From Eledone cirrhosa (Eukaryota), in assembly GCA_964016885.1 (NCBI GenBank), contig OZ024744.1, forward strand, positions 29,140,001 to 29,204,000: a stretch of 64,000 bases of DNA. The letters are read 5' to 3'. This document shows positions 1-13,688 of this stretch, piece after piece; within the stretch, counting starts at the first letter, position 1; each line of letters begins with the position of its first letter. The position numbers and the translations under genes were made by a program. Under the pieces are notes generated by a model that worked only from the letters and a program-made list of their open reading frames with translations, was not told the DNA's origin and made no database searches.

Positions 1-1882
1 CGACACTCCTTTTGAATAGTGAAACAAAATCACTGGAAGCTGGAGAAGTTAATATTAATTGTGAAATGTTTCAGGATGACTCTTTATCACCGTTTTTATT
101 CTGCATCGCACTTATACCATTAAGTAAAATGCTCAATGAAACAAAACATGGATATAGAGTCTATGACAAAACCATTAATCACCTGTTCTACATGGAAGAC
201 CTGAAACTATTTGCAAAAAATGATGAACAATTGCAAGGGCTATTATCCACTGTGAAGCAGTTCAGTGATGACATTAAAATGGAGTTTGGACTGGATAAAT
301 GCGCCAAAGCAACGTTCACCAGAGGAAAGCTGCTGAAGAGTTCAGACATTAATCTTGATCGGGGGAACGTGATAAGAGAGCTTGATCAAGAAAAAACTTA
401 CAAATATCTAGGTGTTTGTGAAGGAGACGGAATCAAGCACTCGACAATGCGGGAAAGGATAAGGAAGGAATGTTACCGCAGAGTCAGAGTAATCTTAAGA
501 ACGGAATTGAATGCAAGGAATAGGATCGATGCCATAAACACGCTTGCCATACCAGTAGTAACCTACAGTTACAATGTCATCAACTGGTCAAGCACAGAGA
601 TCCGTAGGCTCGATACAAAAATCTGAAAATTCTTAACCATGCACAGAATGCATCACCCTAAGGCAGACATAGATAGAATATATCTCCCTAGGAAAGAAGG
701 AGGACGTGGGTTAATCCAGTTAGACATTGCGTTGAAAACTGCAACAATTGGATTATCCACATATCTAAGGGAATCACATGATTGGATGATCAAACTCGTT
801 TTGAAACACGAAAGCACCAAAAGATCATATTCCATTACAAAAGATGCACAAAGATACAGTAATGGACTACAAATTTCAGAAGTCCCATTTACTGCTGAAA
901 TGGAAAACACAGAAAAAGCAAAGCAGGTAAAAGTAACTGCAAAGAAAGAACTGCTACAGAAACTGGCTAAGAAATGGCAAGAAAAGCCTCTGTATGGAAA
1001 ATACCCAGAGCGAGCTAACAATCCTGATGTTGACAAAACTTTAACCCATCAATGGTTGGCATCCTCTGGACTGAAATCGGAGACTGAAGGACTGATTATA
1101 TCGGCACAAGATCAGTGTCTGCCAACAAAAAATTACCAAGCCAACATAATAAAAAATGGGTGCAGCCCATTATGCCGTGTATGCAAAAAACAACCAGAGA
1201 CCATTGACCATATAATTTCAATGTGCAATCCTATAGCTCCAACCGAATACCTAAACAGGCATGACAGAGCTGCACAATACATACATTGGATAATGTGTAA
1301 GCATTTTGACCTGCCCCATCAAAAGAATTGGTGGGAGCATCAACCACCTCCCATTCTTGAAAAAGATCACATCTCAATCTTGTGGAACTTTAGCATCCAA
1401 ACAGACCGAAAAATAGATGCAAATAGACCTGATATAATATTGAAGGACTTTCAAAGGAGGGTATGCCTGCTAATTGATATGTCTGTTCCAATAGACAAGA
1501 ATGTATCTATAAAAACATTTGAAAAATTGAGCAAGTATAAGGACCTGGAGATAGAAATTGGAAAAATGTGGAAATTGAGAACTAAAACAATACCAGTGGT
1601 TGTAGGCGCTCTGGGAATGATACCTAAGGGGTCTAATGATTACTTATCGCAGATCCCAGGAAACCCGCGTATAGGAGAAATACAAAAGATAGTACTAATG
1701 GGAACTGCCCATATACTAAGGAAGATTCTGTCAATATAAGTACATCACAAGTCTAAACACTAAAGATGCATGTGTGAGTATGTATGTTCTTCCTTGAACA
1801 TGGCGGACCTTGTTGTCTCTTGAGGTCACTGGTTGTGACTTGGTGATAACCCGTATGAACATAAAGCAAGATAAATGCAACT

Positions 1883-1884
<2 letters not shown>
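1..1884 (+). mobile_element. R4/Dong-like RLE non-LTR retrotransposon, family A copy A1 (5' part outside window)
   Basis: ORFs 12-626 and 639-1739 are in the same frame, split by a TGA. RT motifs (FQDDSLSP, FYMED), CCHC knuckle CRVCKKQPETIDHIISMC, RHD and RPDIILKD..IDMSVP..EK restriction-like endonuclease. The 3'UTR ends in an (AAT)n tail. Confidence 0.9.
12..1739 (+). pseudogene. RT-CCHC-RLE polyprotein of family A, premature stop at 624-626
   Basis: ORF track and motifs as above. Confidence 0.85.

Positions 1885-1965
<81 letters not shown>
1885..1965 (+). repeat. (AAT)27 microsatellite: tail of A1 and target of the Tx1-like element
   Basis: Directly visible. Confidence 0.98.
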
Positions 1966-1966
<1 letters not shown>

Positions 1967-2208
1967 TTTTCTTTATTAACCACAAGGGTTCACATAAAGT
2001 AGGCATTAAGGACAGTACAGGACAATACAGGACGGTACAAATGGGCATTTCTGCGTGTAAAAAAACAGAGGTTGAAATAAAATAACAAAGAAAAATTCCC
2101 CAATAGGGGGGTGACTTCCAAGGGACATTTGTGGAGAAAGCCCATTAAAAGACCACAGTGGCCCTGACCACCAGGGCAAGTGCCCTCTCCCAGTTTTCCA
2201 CCTTTAAT

Positions 2209-5200
2209 TTACAGACACATACTCAGAGAAGGCCCATTCATTCGGGCCATACTTGCTTCTCTCACCCATCTTTCAACAAAATGCTGGGAAGAGAGCACTT
2301 CCCTCTCTACCCTGACTTTCCTTTTCAAATGAAATTTGAAAAAGTTAATCAGGGCATCACCGAAGAGGTAAGTGCTCGTCTTCAGCCCTTTCAAACGTGT
2401 CCACCATACTATCTCTTTCGCCATAGCCACCAGACAGATAAAAACAGCCTTCCCTTCCAGGCTAAAGGGAGGGGGCGGGGCAATCCTCACGATGGACTCA
2501 GCTGATAGCTGGATAGGTCCTACACGTGACAGCAGGTGTTCGACATAAACCCACAAGTCAGCAATGCTCGGACACTGGACGAGTGCGTGCAGGACGGTTT
2601 CGTCGCCCTGCGCGCATCTCGGACACGCCCGGCTGACGGCACCACCATGCCTGTAGAGTTGATCCCGAACTGGCAAAGCTCCTCGGTAGCACTGCCAGGC
2701 CAGGGATTTCTGGAAGTTGTCCATAGACCCCGGCCCGAAAGTCCTTCCGAAGAGATTGGCTAGTTGATTTTCGTCGACGCCTAGAGTTTCTCCAAGTACG
2801 TCGTCGCTCTTCCCCTCCACTAATCCTCTATAGAACGCCAAGGTGGAGTTTCCACCGATCACATTGCCCGATTGGTCGAGGGCTGTGAGCGCCTGAAGAC
2901 ATTCCAGTCTCCAAGCGCTCCCTCTCCGTCTTCGCTTGACCCAGGACTGCAGCTCCGTCAAGGAGACGAGCTGGGGAAAAACGCGTCTTGCAAACGGCGA
3001 CCACACCTGATCACCGTCGAGGAAGAGGTGGAGATGTCGTAGCCTGAGCGCGTGCCTGCGCATCATCAGCCACGGCATGCCCAGCCCTCCACGTAGCGGG
3101 TGTTGACAGCAGATGGACCGCCTGACCATCGGAGCGCGTCCCTTCCACAAGAAGCGAAAGAGCAAACGCTCCAGCGCAGTCAGGCGGGGCTTAGGACAAG
3201 GTACGACGGTCAGGCGGTAGTAGATGACGGATGCGATGTACGCATTCGCCACCTCCGCTCGACCTTTCAGGGATAGCTTCCTCTCGGCCCATTTCTGGGT
3301 GAGAGAAGCCACCCTGCTCGTCACCTCGTCCCAGTTTTTGTCTGTCTGGAGGTCTGGACCGAACCAGACCCCTAGCAATTTAACCGGTCCGTCCGTCCAG
3401 CGCCCGACGACGCTGTTGGACGGCATGGACCTGCCTCTCCAGGTGCCGAGCTGCAGGCCCACTGACTTTTCCTGGTTGATCATTGCTCCTGTCACCGCTT
3501 CCTATTCTCTTAGTGTAGTGCAGATCGCCTCGATGTGTTTGGCGTTCGACACCACTACGGTGACATCGTCGGCATATGCTGACACGGATCTTCCGCATCC
3601 TAGTTCGCGCGGGACCCAACTCAACGTCTCCAGTTTGTGCAGTAATGGCACGAGAGTCAATACGTACAATAGGGACGAGAGGGGACATCCTTGGCGGACC
3701 GAGCGCATGATGTTGAACGGTTCCGAAAGGTGACCGTTCACTCTCACTACAGAGTAGATGTCGCTGTGCATGGCAGCGATCCAGCCTCTGAAGACGGGCC
3801 CAAAGCCAGCCGCCCTCAGGACTGCCGCCAGGTAACGATGGTCGACCCTATCGAAGGCTTTCGATTGATCTAAATTGATCAAAGACCCACCCTTGCCTGG
3901 TTCCCTAGCTACCCTCTCTACGATGTATTGCATGAGGTGGAGGTTGTCGTGGATGGATCTGTCGGGAATGGCGCATGTCTGTGCCTCTCCCACCAGACCA
4001 CCAACGAGAAGCGCCAACCTCTTTGCTAGCACCTTGGCCAAAATCTTGAACTCTGTGTTTAGCAGAGTTATGGGTCTAAAATTATCTATGTTATCCCCCT
4101 TGTTCGGATCCTTTCTCAGCAGCGCCACCGCTCCTCGGCTCACAGAGCTGAGAATTCTCCCGTTATGTTGCCAGTTGCAGTAGACGTCCGCCAAGAGGCC
4201 TCCGAACAAGTTTGGCATTTGTAAGTAAAGTTCATAGGGCAGACCATCCAAACCTGGCGATTTACCCCTTGTGCAACTAGTCATTGCATCCCGTACTTCA
4301 GCGGTTGTTATCGGCTTTTCGCAACACTCCGCCTCAGTGGTCGAAAGCCGCGGCAGTCCGTCGAGGTAGACACTAAAGTCCATCCCTCGATCCGGCCCGC
4401 CACTGCCCCCGAACAGCTGAGCGAAGTGTCGCTGAAAAGCTTCACACATTTGCCCGGGATCGAGTAGCATGCGCCCGTCGTGGTCCACCAAAGACCGGAT
4501 CGTGGCTTTGTTGCCACGACGCGCCTCCGCCACTCGGGCCCATTGAACGGCTTTCGTCCCCTCGTGTCTGAGAGCACGCACCCTAGCACTGACAACGCAG
4601 CCTTCGTGCTTTGCATTGAAGAATTGGTCAAGGGCCAATTTCGCCGCAAGCACGTCGGTCGCGATGCCTTTGCTAAGCGCCTCATCTAATTTTCTAACTA
4701 GTTCTCCCTCTGCTCTATTTTTCTCTATTGCTAAAGTCTTACTAAACCTAATGGACTCTATTCTAATTGCTCTTTTCAGAGCAAACCACCACTTGTTGTT
4801 GACGATGGCCCCCGTCAGCGCCCGCTTAACTAGTTCGCTAATCCGGTCTCTGTAGGCCTTGCGCGCTGGTAAGGACGCGTTTAGCTTCCAGTAGCCGGGT
4901 CCTCGCCTATGAAGCCTATCTAAGTCAAGCACACAGATCACGAATTTGTGGTCCGTGTAGCTGACTATCTTGAATTGTGGACAGCCTATGCTAGACTTAT
5001 CTATTTCCCTACAAAATACTCTATCTAGATATGATCTGGATGACCCTATGCGATTTGTCCAAGTCCACATTGGTACATTCGGGAAATCCATTCGGTACCT
5101 GTCAGACAGTTCAAAACGTCTGAGCAGGTTGGTGAGACTCTTGCACCCTCCTTCCCTATCCACTAATCCCACACAATCCCAGCGTGCATCTAAGATCCCG

Positions 5201-5628
5201 TTCCAGTCGCCCACTAACACTAAAGAGCGGGACGTTCCAAGAAAAGTCTCCAGACGCCGGAAGAAATCAGGCCGCCCTGCTCCTGTCGGGGCATAGACGG
5301 CCACTAACCTGAAAGCTTGCTCGTCTCCGCTGGTCACGTCCAGCACCACCAACTTACCTTCTGGGTCCAGGAAGATGGCCCGTATGGCAAGATCCAAACC
5401 TCTCCGAAAAAGCACAGCAACTCCTCCCCCCGATCCCGGACGGCTGGGAGATGCGTACACATCGTAGCCGCCGAAGATCGGTGCGAAAGCCTGTGCTTCG
5501 GAGATTCTGGTCTCGCTGATGGCCACTACATCTATGTTTAGTGACCTGAGGTCGTTGAGCAGGTGGCCCTGCTTCAATGACGACCCCAAGCCACGCGCAT
5601 TTATGCTGCCTATTCTGAGTGAGGTCAT
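2209..5628 (-). pseudogene. T1 ORF2: APE endonuclease + reverse transcriptase + C-terminal zinc finger, one premature TAG at 3502-3504
   Basis: APE motifs SINARGL, ISET, LVGDWN, YLDR, TDH. RT motifs QGCPLS, YADD. CPRC..ETVLHALVQC. Copy T2 has TAC at the stop position. Confidence 0.92.
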
Positions 5629-5662
5629 GTTGAAAAGGAGTGGAAAAGATGGGAAAGACCAC

Positions 5663-7656
5663 TTACCTTACTTCTCGTAGGGGAAGGACGGTTTTTCCAT
5701 CCTTTTCACTGCTTGTGGCCTCCTCAGGAAGGATGTCCTTATAAATCCTCCTGGAGAGTGCTTGTCGGAAGTCTCCGATGTCTTTGGGGAATTTTTGTTT
5801 TAGTGTCATGTACGTTTTCTGTGTGATGCGAGTGATTTGTATGTGTGGAGGTGGTGTGAATTTTGGGGTTGTTGTGTAGTCTTTTTCTGTGATGCTGGTG
5901 TTGTGTTGGATGTAGTGTAATAATTGCTTGTTGTTCAAATTTAATGCTGTGTAGTGTGTATCGTTTGGGTTGTTTTGTTTTGTTTGCGTTTGTTGTGGGT
6001 TTGTTTCTGTTTCGCATTTTGGTGACTTTTGTGGTGTAGGTGATGGTGGTGTTGGAGTTAATGATGGTGATGGTGTTGGTGTTTGGGTTGATGGGGTTGG
6101 TGATGCTGGTGTGGATGGTGGCATATCTGTCCTAACTTTTTTGTTTCTTAGTTTATTTGTTTCCCTCTATATTTTGTTTTTGGAGGAGGAAGGAAGAGAA
6201 TTTTTTCTTTTTTGGTTTCTTTTTTTTTTTCCGGATATCGTTTCCCACTCCTCGTCGTCACAATCTGTCTCCAGTTGTGATAGGCCGGGGAGTGGAAAAT
6301 CCTCCACAGCCGTTAGTTTTGGTTGTGGTGTGGTGGATGGTGTAGGCGCTGGTGCTAGTTCTGAAGCGTTGGGTGGTGGTGGTGTTGGTTTTGCTGGTGG
6401 TGGTAGTGGTGTTGGTTTTGCTACTGTTGCTGGGGTTGTTGCTGTTATAGTTGCTTCTGTTGTTGCTGCTACAGTTGTTGCTGCCATCTCTGCTACTGGT
6501 GGTGATGATGGTTGTGTCACTGGGGTGGGTAGGAGAGGTGGCCTCAACCTTTTAGCCTGAGGGCAGAAAGCCCTTAGGTGGGTTCCTTCACCACAAACGA
6601 CACACCTAGGTCTTCTGCCCTCGACAATTACCGTGAGGTGGCTGCCGTCAGTGAGGTCTATTACCTCTGGGATTTCCTCAATGCTTTTTTGGTCCGCTTG
6701 GATCAGGAGCTCCATCCCAGATCCGGACCAGTTTTCCTGCTTTTCTTTTGCTATTGTTATTATTTTCGTGTTGGCCTCGATGCCGGCGATGACCGCCGCT
6801 ATTAGCCAGGGAATTTCGATGGCCGGTGGAACGTGGGTCACCCTGATCTTTACGAGTCTCTGGCCACAATAGCTTGGGACGAGTGTGAAGTCGTCACTTT
6901 TTAATGGGGCCATGGAGTGTTCTCTAGCCTCCTCTGGTGTTTCAAAGAACACATCCACGGTTCCATACTTTTGCCCACGTTTGATGTGGGTTTTTCTTGC
7001 CCACACATGTCCCAAAGCTTTTTGGATTTGGGACTCGGATGCCCGTTCCACTCGGCGCGATTTTACATTTATTGTTCTATACGACACGGTGCATAGGCGC
7101 CGATGCTCCATTTTATTAGGTGGGGGGGTGAGGCTGACCCTGTACCCATCTTTCTTTACCATTTGTTTGGCATTTTCTAAATCCTCTTGAGTTACCGTGA
7201 ATGCTTCGAATTGTTTTGCCACTATGGCGAAACTGAGGGTCGGTTTTATAATGTCATTGTTGTTGTTGTTGCTATCGTTATTTGTGTTAATATGAATTTT
7301 AGTTTCAGTTGTGGTGGTGGTGACGTCAGTCGTCTTTGGTGCGGAAGAGTCCATTTTGCTTAATTTCATTTCGACATCACGAGTTAATTTATTTTTTTCT
7401 TCTTTTGTTTCTGTTGTCGCGGTGGTGGTGGGGGTGGTGGTTGTCGCATGGTGGTGGTGGTGGAGGCTTTAACACCTGCAGTCATTGGTAATGGCGGGAA
7501 ATGAATGTCTGCCTGAGACAAATTTAAAATATTGCTACTGCTTATATTTTTTTTTGTGTTGGCAAACGTAGTAACATTTACAATGGTGGTGTCGGTGTGA
7601 GGTGTTATTTTGTGAGGAAGGCTTTCAGCTGCTTCGTGCAGAGGGGAATTAGCCAT
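5663..7656 (-). pseudogene. T1 ORF1 (gag-like nucleic-acid-binding protein), broken into 7384-7656, 6167-7369 and 5663-6124
   Basis: CCHC knuckle CVVCGEGTHLRAFC, RRM-like region, Pro/Thr-rich and basic tracts. Ends PLREVR* just before ORF2. Confidence 0.75.
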
Positions 7657-8131
7657 TTTTTTTCAAAGAAATTTTTGGATAATAATAAAAGTTAAAATTT
7701 TGGGCACAAGGCCCCAATCTTTTTGGGTGTTCTTTTCGGAAAACAATGTATGTGTGCTTATAAACAGTTAACAATAAAATTTTCCATAAATGGCAATTTT
7801 TAACAAACGGAAATAACAAACCTTTGCGGAGCTCACGATGATACGATTTACTACGTAGGTCGCCAATAATAATAATAATAATGATTTCTTTATTAACCAC
7901 AAGGGTTTACATAAAGTAGACATTAAGGACAGTGCAGGACAATACAGGACGGTACAAATGGGCATTTCTACGTGTAAAAAACAAAAACAGAGGATGTAAC
8001 AAAAAATAACAATGAAAAATTCCCCAATGGGGGGAGACTTCGGAGGGACATTTGTGGAGAAAGCCCAGTAAAAGGCCACAATGACCCTGACCACCAAGGC
8101 AAGTGCCCTCTCCCAGTTTTCCACCTTTAAT

Positions 8132-11100
8132 TTACAGATATATACTCAGAGTAGGCCCATTCACTCGGTCGATTCTTGCTTCTCGCACCCATCTTTCAAC
8201 AAAATGCTGGGAAGAGAGCACTTCCCTCTCTACTCTGATTTTCGTTTTCAAATGAAATTTGAAAAAGTCAATCAGAGCATCACCGAAGAGGTAAGTGCTC
8301 GTCTTCAGCCCTTTCAAACGTGTCCACCATACTATCTCTTTCGCCATGGCCACCAGACAGATAAAAACTGCCTGCCCTTCCCGGCTAAAGGAGGAGGGCG
8401 GGGCAATCCTCACGATGGTCTCAGATGATAGCCGGATCCGTCCTAAACGCGACAGCAGGTGTTCGACATAAACCCACAAGTCAGCAATTTTCGGACACTG
8501 GACGAGTGCGTGCAGGACGGTTTCGTCGCCCTGCGCGCATCTCGGACAAGCCCGGCTGACGGCACCTCCATGCCTGTGGAGTTTATCCCGAACTGGCAAG
8601 TCTCCTCGGTAGCACTGCCAGGCCAGAGATTTCTGGAAGTTGTCCATAGGCCCCGGCCCGAAAGTTCTTCCGAAAAGATTGGCTAGTTGATGTTCGTCGA
8701 CGCCTAGTTTCCCCAAGTACGTCGTCGCTCTTCCCCTCCACTAATCCTCTTTAGAACGCCGAGGTGGAGTTTCCACCGATCACATTGCCCGATTGGTCGA
8801 GGGCAGTGAGCGCCTGAAGACATTCCAATCTCCAGGCGCTCCCTCTCGGTCTTCGTTTGACCCAGGACTGCAGCTCCGTCAAGGAAACGAGCTGGGGAAA
8901 TACGTGTCTAGCAAACGGCGACCACACCTGATCACCGTCGAGGAAGAGGTGGAGATGTCGTAGCCTGAGCGCGTGCCTGCGCATCATCAGCCACGGCATA
9001 CCCAGCCCTCCACGTAGCGGGTGTTGACAACAGATGGACCTCCTGACCATCGGAGCGCGTCCCTTCCACAAAAAGCGAAAGAGCAAACGCTCCAGCGCAG
9101 TCAGGCGAGGCTTAGGACAAGGTACGACGGTCAGGCGGTAGCAGATGACAGACGCGATGTACGCGTTAGCCACCTCCGCTCCACCTTTCAGGGATAGCTT
9201 CCTATCTGCCCATTTCTGGGTGAGAGAAGCCACCCTGCTCGTCACCTCGTCCCAGTTTTTGTCCGTCTGGAGGTCCGGACTTAACCAGACCCCTAGCAAT
9301 TTAACCGGTCCGTCCGTCCAGCGTCCGACGACGCTGTTGGACGGCATGGACCTGCCTCTCCAGGTGCCGAGCTGCAGGCCCACTGACTTTTCCTGGTTGA
9401 TCATTGATCCTGTCACCGCTTCGTATTCTCTTAGTGTAGTGCCGATCGCCTCGATGTGTTTGACGTTCGACACCACTACGGTGACATCGTCCGCATATGC
9501 TTACACGGATCTTCCGCATCCTAGTTCGCGCGGGACGCCCCTGAACGTCTCCAGTTTGTGCAGTAATGGCTCGAGAGTCAATACGTACAAGAGGGACGAG
9601 AGCGGACATCCTTGGAGGACCGAGCGCATGATGTTGAACGGTTCCGACAGGTGACCGTTCACTCTCACCACAGAGCAGATGTCGCTGTGCATGGCAGCTA
9701 TCCAGCCTCTGAAGACGGGCCCAAAGCCAGCCGTCCTCAGGACTGCCGCTAGGTAACGATGGTCGACCCTATCGAAAGCTTTCGACTGATCTAAATTGAT
9801 CAAGGACCCACCCGTGCCAGGTTCCCTAGCTACCCTCTCTACGATGTATCGCATGAGGTGGAGGTTGTCGTGGATGGATCTGTCGGGAATGGCGCATGTC
9901 TGCGCCTCTCCCACCAGACCACCAACGACAAGCGCCAACCTCTCTGCTAGCACCTTGGCCAAAATCTTGAACTCTGTGTTTAGCAGAGTTATGGGCCGGA
10001 AATTATCTATGTTATCCCCCTTGTTCAGATCCTTTCTCAGCAGTGCCACCGCTCCTCGGCTCACAGAACTGGGAATTCTCCCGTTCTGTTGCCAGTTGCA
10101 GTAGACGTCCGCCAAGAGGCCTCCGAACAAGTCTGGCATCTGTACCTAAAGTTCATAGGGCAGACCATCCAAACCAGGCGATTTACCCCTTGTGCAGCAA
10201 GTCATTGCCTCCCTTACTTCAGCGGTTGTTATCGGATTTTCGCAACACTTCGCCTCAGTGGCCGAGAGCCGCGGCAGTCCGTCGAGTGAGACACTAAAGT
10301 CCATCCCTCGACCCGGCCCACCGCTGCCCCCGAACAGCTGAGCGAAGTGTCGCTGAAAAGCTTCACACATTTGCCCGGGATCGAGTAGCATGCGCCCGTC
10401 GTGGTCCACCAAAGACCGGATCGTGGCTTTGTTGCCACGACGCGCCTCCGCCACTCGGGCCCATTGAACGGCTTTCGTCCCCTCGTGTCTGAGAGCACGC
10501 ACCCTAGGTCTGACAACGCAGCCTTCGTGCTTTGCATTGAAGAATTGGTCAAGGGCCAATTTCGCCGCAAGCACGTCGGTCGCAATGCCTTTGCTAAGCG
10601 CCTCGGCTAATTTTCTAACTAGTTCTCCCTCTGCTCTATTTTTCTCTATTGCTAAAGCCTTACTAAACCTAATGGATTCTATTCTAATCGCTCTTTTCAG
10701 AGCAAACCACTACTTGTTGTTGACGATGGCCCCCGTCAACGCCCGCTTAACTAGTTCGCTAATCCGGTCTCTGTAGGCATTGCGCGCTGGTAAGGACGCG
10801 TTTAGCTTCCAGTAGCCGGGTCCTCGTCTATGAAGCCTATCTAAGTCAAGCACACAGATCACGAATTTGTAGTCCGTGTAGCTGACTATCTTGAATTGTG
10901 GATAGCCTATGCTAGACCTATCTATTTCCCTACAAAATACTCTATCTAGATATGATCTGGATGACCCTATGCGATTTGTCCAAGTCCACATTGGCACATT
11001 CGGGAAATCCAATCGGTACCTGTCAGACAGTTCAAAACGCCTGAGCAGGTTGGTGAGGCTCTTGCACCCTCCACCCCTATCCGCTAATCCCACACAGTCC

Positions 11101-11548
11101 CAGCGTGCATCTAAGATCCCGTTCCAGTCGCCCACTAACACTAAAGAGCAGGACGTTCCAAGAAAGGTCTCCAGACGCCGGAAGAAATCAGGCCGCCCTG
11201 CTCCTGTCGGGGCATAGACGGCCACTAGCCTGAAAGCTTGCCCGTCTCCGCTGGTCACGTCCAGCACCACCAGCTTACCCTCTGGGTCCAGGAAGATGGC
11301 CCGTATGGCGAGATCCAAACCTCTCCGAAAAAGCACAGCAACTCCTCCCCCCGACCCGGACGGCTGGGAGATGCGTACACATCGTAGCCACCGAAGATCG
11401 GTGCGAAGGCCCGTGCTTCAGAGATTCTGGTCTCGCTGATGGCCACTACATCTATGTTTAGTGACCTGAGGTCGTTGAGCAGGTGACCCTGCTTCCATGA
11501 CGACCCCAAGCCACGCGCATTTATGCTGCCTATTCTGAGTGAGGTCAT
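8132..11548 (-). pseudogene. T2 ORF2 APE-RT, fragmented
   Basis: ORFs 11255-11548, 10710-11336, 10146-10574, 9501-10139, 8751-9476 and 8132-8716 tile the T1 ORF2 protein. Confidence 0.9.
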
Positions 11549-11583
11549 GTTTAAAATAGAGTGGAAAAGATGGGAAAGACCAC

Positions 11584-13688
11584 TTACCGTACTTTTCGTA
11601 GAGGAGGGATGGTTTTTACATCCCTTTTCACTTGATCGTCTGGTGAAGGGACCGTTGAATCGTCCCTTCGGCTGGTCGTCGGCTCTTCTAAGAGAATGTC
11701 TGAATATACTCTTTGATTGATAGTTCCTCCTAGGTCCCTGAAATCACCAACTGCATTGGGGAATTTCGTTTTAATATTTGTGTATTGTTTCTGTGCGATT
11801 TTTTTAGCAGTCTTATGTTAGTTGGCGTTTTGATTGGTGCTGGTATTATGTAGTCGTGTTGTGAAATGTCTGTGTTCAATTATGTAAGTCATTAGTTTCT
11901 TGTGTGTATTTATTGCCGTGCATTTGTTTTTCTGGGGGTGGGGTGTGGTTCTGCTATTTTCTTGTCGTTGTTGCTGGGTGTGTGTGTTTTGTTGTTGTGT
12001 TTGCGATGTTGGTGCTTGTGGTGGTGGTGTTGAAGGTGTTGTTGGCGGTGGGGTTTTCGCCGGTGGTGATGGTGGTGCTAGTGTGGGTGGTGATGGTGTT
12101 GCTGGTGTTGCTGCTGTGAGTCTCTTTGCAGTAGACTTTACCCTTTTCTCATTTCTTTCCTCCCTTTTCAAAGGCGACGATGCGCTGCTTCTGCGTTTGT
12201 GCCTTCTTACGACCTTTTGCCATCCCTCTCCCATCTCACACTCCATGTCTGAATCTGTGAGGTCGGGGAGGGGTACCAGCTCCACTCTTTCACTTGTTGT
12301 TGTTGGTGATGTTTGCACTGGAGTCTCTGTTGCAACTGCATTTGGTATTGCTGTTGTTGTTAATATTTCCACTGCTGCTGCTGTTTTTGATTTCCGTGGC
12401 GTGGGTATGGGTGCCACGGACCTATCGTTCCTGGTTGCCGCTTGTCCTGTTGCTGGTAGCCGTGGCGCCGGTTTCGGAAAGAGGGGGGTTTTCTCCTTTC
12501 TCAGGGTCTTCTCGTTGCAGAAGGCCCTGAGGTGAGTCTTCGATCCACTGCGAAAGCATTTCGGGCGTTTGCCCTCAACACTTATGGGCAGTTGAGTGCC
12601 GTTATCGAAGTCTATCACATCCGGGATAGCTTCGATGCACTCCTGGTTGGTTTGGATTAACATCTCAATGGAGGAGCCGACCCAATCTTCTCTTACTTTT
12701 TTCTGTACTTGCAGTACAGTTGTTTTGTCCTCGATTCCGACGAGGACAGACGCGGCCAGCCAAGAAGGGGCCATCCCGGGGGGGGGGGGGGGGACGTGGG
12801 TCAGTTTGACCCTCACAATTTTTTGCCCGCAGTAGGAGGGCACCAACACCATTTCCTCGCTCCTTAGGGTCACTACGGATTGAGCCTTTGCCTCGTGGGG
12901 TGTGGCAAAAAGTACGTCTACGGTGGCATATTTTTTGCCTCGGGTGATGTGCGTTTTCCGCTGCCACACAGACCCCAAGGCTTTTTTATTTGAGCCTCTG
13001 TGGCTCTTTCAACCCTACGGGATTTTGTACCTACTGTACGGTACGTGACCGTACAGTGCTGTTGGGTTTCGAAAAAATTTTCCGCTGCCTTGCAGATTGC
13101 TCGGTGTCCAGTCTTTGTCACCATCTTCTTCGCTTCCTCTAATTCCTCATTTGTTATGAGGATTGTTTCCAGGTTCTTCGCGATACCTGCAAACGAGATT
13201 GGTTTTTCTTTGCTGCTGTTGTTGTTGTTGTCGTCAGAGCTGCTGGTACTTTTGTTGTTGCTGCAGGTACTACGACTACTGCTTCCGCCGCTGTTGCTGT
13301 GGTTGTTGTTGGTGTTGCTGCTGCTAATGCTGTTGTTGTTTATGCTGCTGGTGATGCTGTTGCGGCTGCTACTGTTGTTTTCATTGTCACTGTTGCTGTT
13401 GTTATTACGGCTGCTACTGCTATTATTCCTGACGTCAGACGAATGAAATGGGTTTTCGTATTTCCCGCACACCTGTTTCGTCGTTGTCGTCGTCGTCGTG
13501 GAGAAATCTTGCACGCTTTGCACGAGACTTTTCTTTTCTGTCGTCGCTTGCGAAAGAGAAGGGAGGGAGAGAGACACATTTAAAGAAGGGAGGGAGAGAG
13601 ACAATCTTCTCTCTGCTGTAGTGATGATTGAGGAAGAAGAAGACGGAATGAGTGGGAGTGACCTATGAAAATTCTTTTTCGTAGCCAT
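11584..13688 (-). pseudogene. T2 ORF1, divergent from T1 ORF1
   Basis: SFAGIAK..KSRRVERATEAQIKK and CFRSGSKTHLRAFC are homologous to T1 ORF1. Long Ser/Asn low-complexity N-terminus. Confidence 0.78.

Larger units (their letters stand above)
1966..7864 (-). mobile_element. Full-length Tx1/L1-clade LINE, copy T1 (ORF1 + APE-RT ORF2), flanked by (AAT)n on both sides
   Basis: The 5' end GGCGACC at 7864 abuts (AAT)6. The 3' end reads AATAAAGAAAAC then (ATT)n. Two ORFs with gag-knuckle and APE/RT motifs. Confidence 0.92.

Noticed and set aside
1731-2085. Poly-Ile/Leu/Asn/Tyr ORFs here and at other (AAT)n tracts
   Set aside because: They are translations of the microsatellite, not genes
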